In this document: piece by piece, positions 23,016 to 37,700 of the stretch | How positions within the stretch are numbered: position 1 is the stretch's first letter | Layout of the letters: each line of letters begins with the position of its first letter | Assembly: GCA_030141605.1 (NCBI GenBank) | Contig: JAQGDQ010000121.1 | Location: 372,001-436,000 of the forward strand | Source: Tubiluchus corallicola | Lineage: Eukaryota; Animalia; Priapulida | Reading direction: 5' to 3' | Length of the DNA: 64,000 nt | Position numbers and translations under genes: made by a program | Notes under the pieces: generated by a model | Databases searched by the model: none | Told to the model about the DNA's origin: nothing | The model's input: only the letters and a program-made list of their open reading frames with translations

Positions 23016-26000
23016 ATGATGACAAATAAATTAGGTTTCACAGCACAAACGTGGATATGCTTTGCTGTTATTTTTGCCCTCATGATGAAAGGTATAAATA
23101 AATGTGCTGCTTTACGTTATTTTATTACTATACTAAGTTACGTAAAAGTAAAAGTAAAGAATTGGCTTCAAATTAGGACACATTTTTTTAGAATTAATAT
23201 TTTTGATTATATTTACGTCATTTTAGTATGCAAATTACATAGAAAAAACGACATTGTAATAAAATACTTGGCCTAATTTAACTTCTGCTAGTGATATCTG
23301 TAGCATTTTTGTGAAAATAACCTGTAGTTGTAACTTAACAAAAGTTATTTTTGATATTAATTATTTTTACTTTTTTGACAATTTATGTTTGCTGTCTTGC
23401 TAATGTGTTGTTTTGGTAAAACAATTTGTACTGTACTGACAGTTATATTATAGGCCTTTATCTAAGTTACAGTGCATGTTATAGAAATTTGCATTGAAAC
23501 TTAGCAAAAAAACTTGTACTACATTCATTATATCCAGTAATACACATGCTGGCTGTTGTAAATTTCAGTTGCTTGTCATATTAACAAATATGAAAAAAGG
23601 AACTTCGAGAGCTGGGAACAGTTTTTCAGGTTGAACAAGATAGACCATTTGTAATCAAGACAGTGTAACACTTTCGAATCATATGTATTTTTTTCCAGAG
23701 TCAAAGACCACCATTCCTTCACAGTACATTCCAGAATTTCAGAAAACAGTTGAATAATAGAATTATAAAATCTTGACAATATAGGTTTTATGGAAAAGAA
23801 ATTACGAATGCTTTTCAATTAGTGTGCAAAAGAAAAGAATGATTTTATTAAATTTTCCGTATAAAATAAGGCTTGTTGAAATTAATATGATTTCCATTGG
23901 ATAATTGCCGTATTGTTAGGTCTGGTTTCAGTAGCAGCTGCTAGACATAAAATTAAATTGATAAGTTTTCATTGTTTTATTGGTAATTCCAGATTTTGTC
24001 TACAACTCTGTCTCTGTTAGCGTTTGACTGTTGGGGTGAAATTTACTGAATGCTTTTCTTCATGATGTCTGGTATATGATTTGTTTGACCAATGTAACAG
24101 AGACATTACTAAATTTGTATATATTGTGTTTGATATACTAGTTATTTAACTAGTGTAATTAATTGTTTGCTGTACATGTTATGCAGGTAACTTTGGTGAT
24201 AAGAAGCCAAATGTTTTACTAGTTATCGTTGATGATTTGAGACCAACTGTGGGCTGTTATTCAGGAGATTTTTATGTCACACCAAACATAGATAAACTGT
24301 GTAATTCTTCAATACGATTTAACCATGCTTACGTTCAGGTAATTGTGCCACCTGTGAAAATTTAAGCTTTTTTGCTAGTGTTTGCAACGTATTTATTAAA
24401 AAATTTAACTGATAAGAATATTAACATGATACATTTGAAGCAAGCTGTGTTTAGAAGTTTAGTGACCGATATTGCGGGTTAAAGAAAAACAGGATAATTT
24501 TTGTCCTACCTCATTTTGAAATACTGTACGAAGTTTACATTTTAACACCTAAAACACCTAACACCCAAAGCATTTCTGATAATTAAATAATTGGTTAAAA
24601 ACTTAAATAATGGTGGATGAGTCCAACTACTGATGTCATTACAACTGAACACGATTTGCAACATCACAAACATTCCAATAGCGTGTTTGCAAAAGCAAAA
24701 ATTGAGTTGCAGTGCTACTGTACAGCAACGAGTGTAGTATACAAAAACATCGTAAATTTTAAGTTTAGAATTTAAATTTCAAGTTTACCGCTATGCTCAC
24801 GCATGAGTTCTCAAATGTGTGCACTACTTAACTCTGAACTGGGAAGTACAGCCTCTGTTTTTTGTACAATGCATTTCCGAGATGCAGGTGCTAGTGCTCA
24901 TCTAACTAATGGATGCCAAAATGCATATAACTGTGAAGAACTAGCCATGTGAATGTGAAATTCCATTTCTGTGGTAATAATTCATTTATGTAAGTCATTC
25001 TTGAAAAAATAGTAGTTCATTATTTTATAGGGTAGATTGTTTTGAGCTATTGTTTCAGATGGGTCCAGTTTTCCTTTAAGCAAACTGTAAATTAGTAGAT
25101 AAGCTGCAATGTTGTTGCCCTAGAAACTAACTAAGATATTTGTAAATGTTATGTTTTAATTAAATTGACATAGAATACACATATTAAATCTTCTTTAAAT
25201 AAATTTTTGTTAAAGATAGTCAAATGTAGTGAATAGGTTTTTATGCAGATTTTGATTAGCTGTATCCAGAGCTGTTTTTATTTCGGTTGTGACAAGATCG
25301 TTAATCAGCCTTCATTTTTGCAGCAAGCCGTGTGTGCTCCTAGTCGCACATCATTCCTCACAAGTCGTCGGCCAGATACTACTAGACTCTACGATTTCGA
25401 CAGTTACTGGCGCAAAGTTGCTGGTAACTTTACTAGCTTACCTCAACATTTTAAAGAGCATGGATACCACACTGTTTCTGTGGGGAAGGTCTTTCACCCA
25501 GGTAAACAACTTACTACTCTAGTGCCATCATGATTGACGTGTTTTGCCTGAAAGCCCTGATTTCTTTTTATTGTTATTATTATTATCATCATTATTAATG
25601 TTATTATTATTATTATCATCATAATTTTATTTACTTTGGTTGCTTCTTTTTAGATTTGCGTAGTATATTTTTCAAAAACATATTACTTTTTTGTGTTGTT
25701 TTTTATGTAGGTATTGCATCAAATCATTGTGATGATCAGCCATACAGCTGGTCACAGCTTCCTTATCACCCATCTACACAGAAGTACAAACAAGCAAAGG
25801 TGACACATCTGTACATTTGTTGTTGAGTACTGCATGCTTAACATCCTGAATAGTTATCCTGCCCACTCTTGACAAGTATGTAGTAGCGACGGGCAAGAAT
25901 GTAAAATCTGTCAGCAATCAATCTCAAAACAATTAATCTCTAATTCAGTCTGGACTATTTACAATTATTTTACTCCTGTTCATTTAAGCATTCCTGTATT

Positions 26001-29000
26001 GAAGTGAGTGAGTAAGTGTTTAAGCTTGAAAGTAAACTCACATTTATCGATTGATCTCTAAGTGATCCCTGAATTCTCTCTTTGTGTTATTGTTTATCGA
26101 GTATTGCTAGCTGCTGCATATGCATTATGCTAAACAGCCAACAAAACCACTTCTATGATGCCCTTACGATGATATCTGATGATAATTTGTTGTTTAGATA
26201 TTTTGTGATACAATTAATATTTTCCAAATTTAAATGAGGTTAATTTATAATAACTGATTAATCTCTCGTCACTTCCACTACTAGTAAGTATTACCAATTT
26301 TAATCGATATATATATATATATAGTATAAAAGACGATGTAGAAAGATTTTATTAACACATCATGATAGAAAGTATGTAAATGTTCTTTAGGTCGAAACTC
26401 ATAGTTTTCGCTCAACTTGCCAGCATGCAAAATTTTACCGCGTTATGTATTGTAGGAATTCTTAAAACTAATACCTTGAAACTTAACTATTTTCCTTCAT
26501 TTGTAGGTAAATCCGCTTCTACTAGCAATATTAGGAAATCAACTGATAGCTTGGTCTTGCTTGTTTATTGTTTAGGTTTGTTATGGTCCAGGTGGTTACA
26601 AATACCGAAACATTGTTTGTCCCATAAATGTTGAAGATCAACCGGAAGGCACTTTGCCAGATATCCAAAGTGCGGAATTTTCTGTGGAGTTTTTGAAGAA
26701 TCACTCCCAGGATAGAAGGAAGCCGTTCTTTTTAGCAGTTGGCTTTCACAAACCACACATTCCTCTGAAGTATCCTAGGCAGTTTACTGGTACATAATAG
26801 TGATGTGAGGCTAACTGAAAATAATTCATATTTTGGGCTTAACGAAAAACAAATTTTATTTTTCAAGTTTATTTTTTATTCAAGTTACCAGAAATTCTTC
26901 AGTACCTTATGAAAAGAAAAATTCTGAAAACACCAGTTGATTTGAAATTGCTGTCAGTTTTTGATTAAACAAACATATTTATTTGTCCTCTTGGGTTGTA
27001 CAAACTAACTAGTTTCATCATAGTTCCAGCATGCATAGAATAATAGTACAGAATAGTACAGCCTATATTTTAATACATTCTTGTAAAATGTTGTTTGTAT
27101 TACTGCTACAATCTGTCTCATTTTAAAGTTTTTTCTTTCATAAAATATTTATGACTGATTTTGTGGTTAAGTGAGCTCTAAGATTCTCATGCTTTGATTT
27201 CCAGGTAAAATTAAAAAAAATCATTAATTCTCATGAATTTTTTGTAAAAATTATGTGTGGTACTACTGTATTAATATATGTACTAATGTTTTAATAATGG
27301 GTTATTTCTCAGTTTTCCTGCACATCTTTGGAGATGAAAATATTGGAACAAATTTCATCTTGGAAAGTGCATTTTCATGCCAAAGCTCATTAAAAGCCAC
27401 AAAAATTCCATAGTGGATGCTAACAAGCTGTTGGCTATTGTATTTCCTAGCTATTTATTCAACACACTTTAAGGCAGAGTGTTTTTTTTAACCAAAGGCA
27501 CACAAAAATTATCAGAATTTAAAGATTTTTATTCATACATTATAATGTTGCCGGCAAAAAATGATTCAACATCCAACACCTGACACAAAATTTTGCTTTT
27601 TATATAAAGAGTTGTATCCATTGGACAGCATTGATCTAGCACCCAATCGGTGGTACCCTCCTAATCTTCCGCTTGTAGCGTGGAATCCATGGACAGACTT
27701 ACGTCGTCGTGATGATGTTATGGCATTGAATGTTAGCTTTCCATTTGGACCCTTGCCAGATCATTACCAGGTAAAGTTAATATCATTGTATCACAAGTGC
27801 ATGAAAGTTTACTAGCTCAGCTAAAACAAGTGTGAATGGGTAGTAAGATGTAAGAGAGTAAAAATATCAAATAAGTTTGTACATGAGGAATATACTGAAG
27901 GTCGATGAAAATTTTGCTTAAAAAGTTTTCGCTTTTTTGGAGGACATTTTTTGTATACATGAAATCACAAACAATATTCCAGGAATCAAAATAGTTAGAA
28001 GTATTGTTCAGTAAAATGTATTTGTAGTGTGGTGGCTGTTGAAATTAATAATTACTGCAAAAAAGTAGATACTGTCTTATAAAGTATGCTTACAATGTTC
28101 TGATAAACTCATAAGTAAAACTTTTATGTTTAGCGTTTAGTGCGACAAAGTTATTATGCAAGTACTTCTTACATAGATAATCAAATTGGATTGGTTTTAA
28201 CTGCTCTCCGCACTTATGGGTTTGCAGACAACACCATTATTTTACTAACTGGTAAGAGAAATATCTCTGTTTCAGTATCTCCTTCTTCAGTTAGTTAACT
28301 GTTTGACTAATTGTTGTTAATGTGTTGTATTTCTTAATGTTTATCTTTTCGCGCAAAAAATCAAAATTGAAGAAATTATAATCACAGAACTTGGCACATG
28401 ATACGTCTGAGCAAGACTTGACAACCAATTGTTTCTGGTTTCAAAAAGTCAAGGATTAAGGTTGCAAGATCAAAAATTTTTGCTGATGATGAGTACATGT
28501 TAAGGCATGGGTGTGTGGGTCTATGCCTTTATTGTCAGTTGGCCATATATGGTAAGGTATGCAACTATTTGTGGTTACATAATTGCATATACTCATCAAA
28601 CTAATACATACATTTTTATAGATTCTTGCTTCTGAGATTATTTTCTTTAATTTAATGGCAAAATGTTCAGGTGTACATTTTCTACATAGGTGATCATGGA
28701 TGGTCATTAGGAGAACACCAAGAATGGTCTAAATTTAGTAATTTTGATGTTGCTCTTCGTGTTCCTCTTATTCTGCACGTGCCGCACAAAACCTTGGCAA
28801 CAAGCAATCACAGAAAAGTAGAAACCACCATGGTATCAAATGCTCAACAATATGGAGTATCGACTGATGCTATTGTTGAACTGGTTGACATATTCCCTAC
28901 ACTAAGTGAACTAGCTGGTATTCCAGTTCCTCAACAGTGTCCAGTTAATTCATCTGCTGTCATTTTGTGCACAGAAGGCCAAAGTTTTGTCCCACTACTA

Positions 29001-29354
29001 TTTGAACTTTACAAACACCGGTGCAATGTTCCGTGGAAGAAAGCAGCTTTCAGTCAGTATCCAAGACCCTCATTTTATCCTACAAATGACAGTGACTTAG
29101 TTAAATTTAAAAAAATGAAAATTATGGGTTATACAATGAGAACTCATCGTTATCGCTATACCGAGTGGGTGGGCTTTGATCATAAGCTCTTTCTAGTAGA
29201 CTGGAGCAAAGTTTATGCAAAAGAATTGTACGTATACGAACGCGATTCTGGAGAAAATGATAATCAAGCTTACAATGAGTCTTTTCGATATGTAGTCAAA
29301 GAGCTTTCATATCTTCTGCATGAAGGGTGGAGAAAAGCTAAGCCAGAGATTTAG
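23016..29354 (+). CDS. IDS: Iduronate 2-sulfatase, 8 exons, 550 aa
   Basis: Exons 23016-23091, 24187-24338, 25324-25501, 25711-25799, 26576-26789, 27610-27770, 28134-28251 and 28690-29354 (1653 nt, all GT-AG, in phase). Signal peptide; [12 protein letters not shown]; formylglycine motif [15 protein letters not shown]; GKVFHPG; GFHKPHIP; [12 protein letters not shown]; [15 protein letters not shown]; FSQYPRP; [14 protein letters not shown]. Confidence 0.95.
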
Positions 29355-31247
29355 CAGTGGCTTACTCTTAGTGGTATATGACAAGTATATTTTTAAACCT
29401 AAAATTGTTGCAGTGAATTTAGTTTAGCCCATGTCTTAAATCCAAGAACTACGACTGTATGCTACAATTTTAAAAAGTCTTGTATGGATGTCAAATTATG
29501 CCAAACTATTTAAGCATGTAATAATATAAATGACTAACATTCCTAAATGCAAATATTACTGATTAGGTGTAATCAAGCATTCGCGTATTCTAACTTTGTG
29601 TGTGAATTTAGTGTGAACAACAGATTGAAAGTTTGTAAATGGAATGAAGGAATTTGGCTGATATATGCATCATATTGGTACTCTGTCAGGTAAATATTTA
29701 TTTTTTACTTTTATCAGAATTGACATGGAGTTCATTATTTGTTCGAGCAGTTTCTTTTTTGTAAATTTCTTAATATTTATTTAAAAAACACAACTGAAAA
29801 TTCTACTGCTGTAGAAAGTGAGTTAGTATGATGGAAAGTCGAGCTATTTATTCAGCAAATATAATTATTTTGTTGTGATTTAATTAAACTTTTACTTCTG
29901 ATGTTTGCTTTCACCATGATAGCTAGCTAGATTGATTCATACTCGAATTAGACTAAATTAGAAATTTTTTTCATATCTCTGACTGAGCCAAACGCCTTTT
30001 TTTTTATTTTCGTTTAAAAATAAGACAAAACCATCATTTGAACATAGGTGAAGGGTTGTACTTTTATAGCGATTTTCCAGGGCAGTTTCTATCAACATAG
30101 TGCTCTATACCAGCTTTAATTTATCTTAGACAAATTTTTAGAACAGTGGTAATTGTTGTATATAGTTTATCATCACTCATCCAACATTGCCAAATTGTCG
30201 TTACATACCTTTGCTACTTTATACCTGTTATGAAAAAACTATGTTGAAAATATATTAACGAGAGTGAGATTTTTGTACATGGTATAATTTATCTTCAGTT
30301 TGCTTGCTTTTGGCATGGGGAAATTTTACATTGATCAGAGGCATAGAGCATGTGTACTGCATTGCTTGTGTTTACCATGTAATCCGCAGGTCAAGCTAAA
30401 GTCAATTTGCTTCGTTTTGGTTTGGGTTATCGTGTATGTAGATCAAGAGGCCACATCATATCTTACACTGATTTTGTTATGCCGCTTGTGGGGTGCTAAT
30501 CATTTTACTGTGGGCTGCAAGATTTTTAAGATTCCATTTTCCAGATTTTGTTGATTTTGAATTGTACAAATATTTAGTATTATGATAATCAGGATGGTAA
30601 TCAAGCTTGCTATAGACTTAGTTCACTTAAATCTGCCAGCACACTTATCATGAATCGTTGAAAAAGTTTGCTAAATTATGTATTCTTCCATTTTCAGCAG
30701 ATTTTCTTACAAGCAGCATTGTCCATGTTTTTGTGATACTTCCACTTATTGTACTTTTGCAGTTAATATTTTCTGGATCTGCCCTCTTGTGGTAACATAC
30801 TGTTCAAAGTTCGTGAAGATGATCTCTGATCATGACATCTCTAAGTAGTTCACAGCAGCATTGTGAGTGACGTTGCATTTCAAAAATTAAACGGTATACT
30901 TTGCAAATATAACAGTGCAAAATTTTAGTGCAATTTTGGATATTGAATATTGAAAACAGTTTTGGATAAGGTTTGTTTTCTGGTGATTTATTTTTTTACA
31001 TAACTGTTATGCTGTGTGTAAGTTTTTAGTGACTTTGGCTCCAAGTTGTAATTTATAAACAATATGTATGGGCATGTCTGAAAACTGAATGTCTGTTTGT
31101 CATAGTACATAACTTGACTGATGAGTAGAAATAGCATATTTCTACAGTTTTTGCCACAATCAAGCAAGTACACTGTTTAGTGTAATTAGTCTGTCTGGGG
31201 CTAATTTTGAAACCAACTTTTCAACATGCACTGTCAGAGCTAGAAGT

Positions 31248-31404
31248 TTCGCCATCAACCAGCTTGCCATTGAACTCTTCTTTGTACCTTTGCTACGATT
31301 TCCTGCAACACTGGATACAGTTGCATAGAGTTCCATTTATTGTCTGCATCCATCACCAAGCCAGTAGGTATCATTGCCTTTTTAGCAAAAGTCGTGCCAT
31401 ATTT
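31248..31404 (-). pseudogene. Possible decayed C-terminal fragment of a pogo-like (DDE_1) transposase
   Basis: Reads KYGTTFAKKAMIPTGLVMDADNKWNSMQLYPVLQEIVAK[+1 frameshift]YKEEFNG, similar from memory only to the ..ARKAMI..G...W...QL.P.LQ.I..KY...F.G tail of some pogo-like transposases. Confidence 0.3.
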
Positions 31405-33764
31405 TGCTAGTATACCAGATTACCCTTTGTTTCATGTGCTCAATATCTGCGCTGAACAGTGCAACACAGACTATTTTCGAAATGCAAACTAATTAAATAC
31501 CGGGAAAATACACAAACGTACACATTAAAATTGTGTGAGACTAGCTTTCCATGCAGATTTATTATACCAAACAGTGTAGCTAATAATATAATTACTATTA
31601 TATGCAACATTCACAAGTTAAAACTAGCGATCTTTGCTAAAGGAAAGGCCAAGCCTTCTGCACAAAATGTTAGGATTTAGTAGTAAAAGTGTGATAAGCA
31701 GATGAGATAAGTGCTTCGTGTAATTAATAAAAACAATTTAAAATCGTGATCATTTCATGCTCCCATTTTGAACGCCCATTCTTCCACCAATGACGTCATT
31801 GCATCAACTGAAGAAAAGTAGCACACTGTCAATTTCTGTCAAAAGTAAAGTAAGTTTTTGCAGAAAATTAGATAGCTAATTTTGTGATATTTTTGCATGA
31901 ACATTAGGTAAGCTGTAGAAGTTTTAATTAGTTTAACCAGCACCCACTTATGGAGAGCCATGATGCGCTTACGGAATGTCACAAAGTCAACTAGTTATAT
32001 CACAAATGAATGGCAGCAACCACTGCACCTGAAAATTTCTGTACAGCAGTAATATAAATTAACTTATGGTTTATAGATATTTTTTGCATATTTCTTTGTT
32101 ATATGTTTCCAAGTTTAATCAATAACAGTAAAATGAACCCAACATGCTAAGTGATTTGGCTTTTTCTTTAATATTTTATGATATATAGTGGAAGCTTGTA
32201 CATTTCAGTGGCTGAAACAAAGGAGATATGAAGCTGAAAATACAATTACACATCATCATGCAGACTGCTTATTGAGCAATAAAATACATTCTAGTGGTTA
32301 AATAATGCACTTTCTAACATATTGTATTTTTCATGAAAAATGTCATGTCTTTATAAGCATGAACCCCTATGTGTGATCTAGGTTTGTTGTCAAAAGCTTG
32401 TTCATCTTGTCTCACTTTTTGCACAGCTTAAATATTGCATCGTTTATTAATATTTTGAAAAAAACATTCGAAAGATGGGCCCCGTAAGCTGCTATCGATA
32501 TCAGCAAGTTGCCACTGATAATAGCAAAAGCTGTATTGATGCCATGTAGCTTGTAAAATGAAATATTTTTTATGTTTAGTCATAAATTGAATGGGTAATC
32601 ATTGTTGAAGTCCCTGCATTTGAATGTTTCATTACCTGTTATTAAGAAAATTGAAATGTGAAAGTTGAAATAAAACTTTAGTGCAATCCTTTTTGTCAGT
32701 GTGTACATACTTTCATTAAGGCTCGCACTGTACACCAGACTCCAAGTCATCTTGTCTTGTAGCGGCTAGAACTTCTTTTTTCTGCTCTTGCTCAAACTGT
32801 TAAAGCATAACGGAAAACAATGTGAAGCATGACGACACATTTTAACTGATTAATCTGCAAATCTCATTATTATACTAGTCTAACTTGACATTATGTTGAT
32901 CATTATATGTCTTTATGACATATTGCCCTTTTCATAACTTGCAATCCAAAGCTGATTTAATTTCATACTAATGTTCTGATGCACTTGCAAGCTATAGAAC
33001 TTCTTAATATGCTTAGCATCATTGGCTGTAGTCTATTTTTGCTATGGCACTCATTTTGATGCTGCATTTAATACTCTTAAAATTTAATTTTTTGAAGACT
33101 TGAAAAAGTGGTAATAAAGTAATAATATATTAAAAAGTAGTGTCTATATTATGTAGTATTGAAATTATAATAATAATCAATAAATACGTGCCTGTATAAG
33201 TTTTCAAATCGTTCAAAGAGAGTAAATCCTGTGAAATGACGTAGTATGTTTATACTATCTGTTTGCTAAAGCATCACATTAAGAAATAAGTTGACTCTCA
33301 GTTCACCAAGAATATTCGTTGTTTGTCTTCTTTGACGTCATGAATGTAAACAAACATAAGCGATAAATGTCAACAGATTGACTTTTACGGACTTCACATT
33401 TGGCCATTGCTTGCACAAATTTCCTGTTAACATTTCCCGATTAATATAATGTATTACACGTATTTCTGTCACGTTACAAAATTTATTCTAAAGATGATGC
33501 AAAATACACTGTGCAAAGGTTGGGACCACGTTTCAGGTCTGAACTACATTTGAGAGAAACAAGAGTGACTGGACAAGTAGACCATTTGTCCTTAGAATTG
33601 CAATTTAAATATGTCCGAGTAAGGAGTTCATATTTACAGAATGATGTTATTTTCTACTTATTGGTCCAACTGTGTATTGTGACAAACTAGTATAACACAT
33701 TCATTTTCTAGAATTAATGCATAAACCAGTGACAGAAGATATTATTAAGGCCTTGTTAATAACT

Positions 33765-33850
33765 GAGTCGTCCTGATGGATGTTTAGTGACTAAAGTTAA
33801 GCAATGCCTAGCCTATTCAGTAAATAGATGCGTGTCTACCGGAAAAATTG
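33765..33850 (+). pseudogene. Degenerate 5S rRNA-derived sequence (5S pseudogene or SINE3 head)
   Basis: TGACTAAAGTTAAGCAATGCCTAGCCTATTCAGTAAATAGATGCGTGTCTACC aligns without gaps by eye to the invertebrate 5S box A/IE/C region (GAAGTTAAGCAACGTCGAGCCCGGTTAGTACTTGGATGGGTGACC), roughly two-thirds identical. Confidence 0.45.
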
Positions 33851-34749
33851 TTTCTGGCACATTTGTTTAGCATTTACCTTGTTAGGGAGAGTTGTATACA
33901 TATCTGAATTGGCTAACATGCCGCCACCAATTTGCCGCTTTCATCATGTAAGATTACGCTTAAAAATGAGTTAAATTTCCAGTCCCACCACAAGTACCTG
34001 TACTAGTGGACCTTCCCATTGCAGGTTGCAGAATGCTGAACTACATAAAAACAGTTCTTGTAACTGTTTCTCGCTGGAAGATTTTTGTAAAATTATGTCC
34101 AGATTTATGCTTAGTAACTGTAGCTATAAACACAAGTTACCTTTAAGCACAAGAATACAGTCTTAGTTTCTTACCAAATTGTCTAATTTAAAGTTCAATT
34201 GATTTAAATATTTATAAGTTCAGCTTAATAAAAAAATGTGTATTAGTAATGTTCAATTTCAGTATATTCTCTTAACACTAAATTGTGCATTTAGTATCTA
34301 TAGTGAATTTTGAAAAATAAAGTTCCCTGCTTCAATTACTTTGTGCATACATTCAATACAGTATACTCTTGTAGGGCTGTATTCTACAGTTAGTCCATTG
34401 CAGCAGTCAAGCAACTCTAAAAGAAGCATAGCTGTAATTTCATGCATTTTATAAGTTAGCTCATTTTTTCACTTTGTTGATTATGCAAATTATTGGTAAT
34501 TATTATTAGTATACTAACTGTAACTTAATGCTTTCTATTGATCACTTTCTGCTCTGCGTCCTATTCTGTCCTATTGTCCTTGATCACCTTCAAAATGGTG
34601 ACATTTTTTCTGTAAGAATATGTACTGTAAAATGATCATAATAATATTTTACTTGTAAGATAATCTTATAAACGATATTTCTTAACAATGTATTAACATT
34701 TGCCATTTCTAGCAACATTTAAGGTACATTGTTTGTTTTAGGTTGGACA

Positions 34750-37700
34750 ATGGAAGACTTTAATGTTGAAAAGATGTTGAAATGTTCTAGGTAAGAAATG
34801 TTGCGATGAAGGTGCTGACTCGGGTCACTGGTATTGCTCAACGGAATTATATTAACTTTTAGATATTTATTAGAATAATTTTGTAGTGGAATTTAAATTG
34901 TATTTTGCAGTATGTTCATGTTTTATCTTATATTTCTTTTGTTGTGAATGTTAAATCATATAATGCGGTCGAGTTCTGTGTAGGGTTAAATTAATTTCAC
35001 TGCATTCAGTTTGTTTTCAGAACATTTGCTAAAAAAAATTTTATGTTTCTTTTGTACATTTCTGATAAATTATATGCCTTACACTTATTTCATTTCTGTA
35101 AATTTTTAAGCTAAAACTGTTTTTATGAAAATTTTTTTTATTTTTTTTGGTTTAACAGATGCAAAAATGTGTCAAGATGCCGACTGGTTGGTTCTGTGTG
35201 TTTGACACTCCTGTTAGTTGGTCTGACTGTAGCAACTGTCACATACAGAAATCATTTGTCTCATTCGTCCAGTGACAGAGTAATTGAATCTGTTTCAATA
35301 AGAGAGAAAAGAAGTCTATTTAGTAAGTAAATATTGGTACATAACTATATGTCAAACATATAAACAGAAGACGCACTTATGTTTGTGTGTTTGATTTTAT
35401 CCATATTACTGTATCAGCAGTGATTCGGGCAAATATGTTACTATCCCAATGTTACTAGTGATGTTTGTGTAAGAAGTTTAAAGAGGGTACAGTCTTGGCA
35501 AGCTAGAGTTGGTAAACTCTTAACGTTGACTGTGCATGTGCAAGCTGTTCTTATTTTCTGACTGTGATGCACATGCACATAAAACTAAAACTTAAACACC
35601 AGCATCTTAGTTTTAGGCTCTTTGTTTAGCTTAAAAAGTAAATAACAGGTTTAGCTTAACAAGGTGCAACTTTGTACGAACTGTACTTCCTCACACTGAT
35701 GTTTACTATATGGGCCATAAGCATATTATTATTATATTAGGTTATTATTGTTAGCATTATTGGACTTCCATAGTGCAATAAAATTGTATGCCAATTCTGC
35801 TTTTGAATTCTAAAAACAAATTTTAACAACCAGGCTTATGTGCAAGCCTGCATTGTTCAAAATTATTTATATCTAGTTGTGCCTTTTTATTTCTACATAA
35901 TAGTCATTTACTTTCCACAATTTTGAATTCTTTTTGAAAATTGTTTACAGGACCTCTGCTGTTTTGCACTTCCAATTCTTATTTGTTGTGACTATGATGC
36001 AGAGAAAACTTAACACTTGCTTCTTATTTAGGTTATATATCATCATTTTTTGACCACGACACATCGGCTTCTCATGTTAATCACACGCAGATAGCAAAGG
36101 ATAATTCGACACTTGTTAAAGTTGTTGAACAGAATACATTAAGTGAACAAAAAAGCAACATTGACATTGATGCTCCTGTGACAAGTGATGAAAAACCTGA
36201 AACTGATGAAGCAGATTCCGATGATGACATTCCAGCAGAAATTATGATTAAAGAAACAGACATCTTCCATGAGAATGAAGATGACGAAAAAGGTATAGCA
36301 AACAGTCTGAGAGGTACAGCTGTGGCTAGTAAAAATACGTCGGATCCGGATTACAAATCTGTTGATGTAGAAAGCAGTGAGGAAAGTGAAATTAACAAAA
36401 ACGTTAAAGATTTGGAAGAGGTGAATGAGATAAGGCAGCAAGTTTTGGATGCGTCAGCGGAAGAAATTGTTGACACTAATCCAGACAACAAAGAACATCC
36501 AGATGATGAAGTTGTTATCAATTCTGTTGACATAAATGATAATGAAATTGACATTGTAGCACAACATCAGTCAGAAAAAAATAACAAACTTAATTCAGTG
36601 AGTGATAAGAAAAGTGTGGAAAGTGATGATGCAAAAGTTGGCAATACTGCTGCTGACAAAGGTGGTAGAGCTAGTGATAGTGCAATAGCGGATAACAATG
36701 GCACACCTCTAGAAAAAACTACAGTAGTGCCACAAAGAATTAATACTACTGTGCATACTTCACAAACTCCTGTTATTAGTGTCCATACATCAGAGGTGCC
36801 CAGTGCTAACTTGCAAACTGTAAAACAAAATTTGAGTGTGAAAACAGCAGATAAAGCAACTAAATATTCTGAGACCAGCAAAGTTTGCAATGAATACTGT
36901 ATCAGTGAAGACTGCGTCCGAGCAGGTAAGTTGTCAAGGGGTATTACAAATTTCTTTGATGAGTATTGGTAGTGATCAGCAAGATGTTCTGTTCTGTAAA
37001 CTGCTTGCTATAGTGAGATCGTGATAACTGAAATGCTATAAATACACCAGGGACCTTTAGTTTAGTAGGTTCTAGTGTACACTTACAGTATTGTCGAGGT
37101 AAAAATCTTTTTCTTTTGGACTTGAAACTCAAACGTCCCAGGCTTAAATCCATCTCACTGTGTCTCACTCTTTTGTCTATATTTAAATTTAAATTTTTTT
37201 GTAATCAAGTAATATAAAAAATTTAAATTGCACTTACCCAGAGTACAAAAAACAAAGGGCTAGAAAACATTCAGAACAATGTAGAAAATTGCTGGATTCT
37301 TGCATTATGTCACACATTTGATATGATTGGCATGAAGTTAATTTTCGTTTAAGGAACATTTAAGACTGAATTGCTGTGTGCCAAGGGCTGAATTGCTCCT
37401 TGAGAGCAACTTGCTGAATGAAAGAGAGTGACAGTCCAGAAAGGAATTAGAAAGCTTGTTGTTTCCTTTGAATTGTCTCATTGAGAGTTTATATAAGGTT
37501 GACTAAAAAGCACAGAAGTGAGTTTTGTACTATTCAATCACACATGCAATATGTGGTATACTCAAAAGATTCACTAGCCCATTGTTAGTTCACTAGTTCA
37601 AAGTACCATTATCCATAATAGCTCTTGATTCAAATGTTACCCTTATTTTGTTAATCGATTTGTGTTATGGTTTAAATGGTGCTAATATTCTTAAGCTAAT

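Noticed and set aside
12388-29354. ureG plus sulfatase as a bacterial operon or recent HGT island
   Set aside because: Both genes have multiple spliceosomal introns and host-like composition; IDS is a standard animal lysosomal enzyme and UreG has the eukaryote-type His arm.
36081-36890. Several minus-strand hydrophobic ORFs
   Set aside because: They are antisense shadows of the long neprilysin stalk exon.
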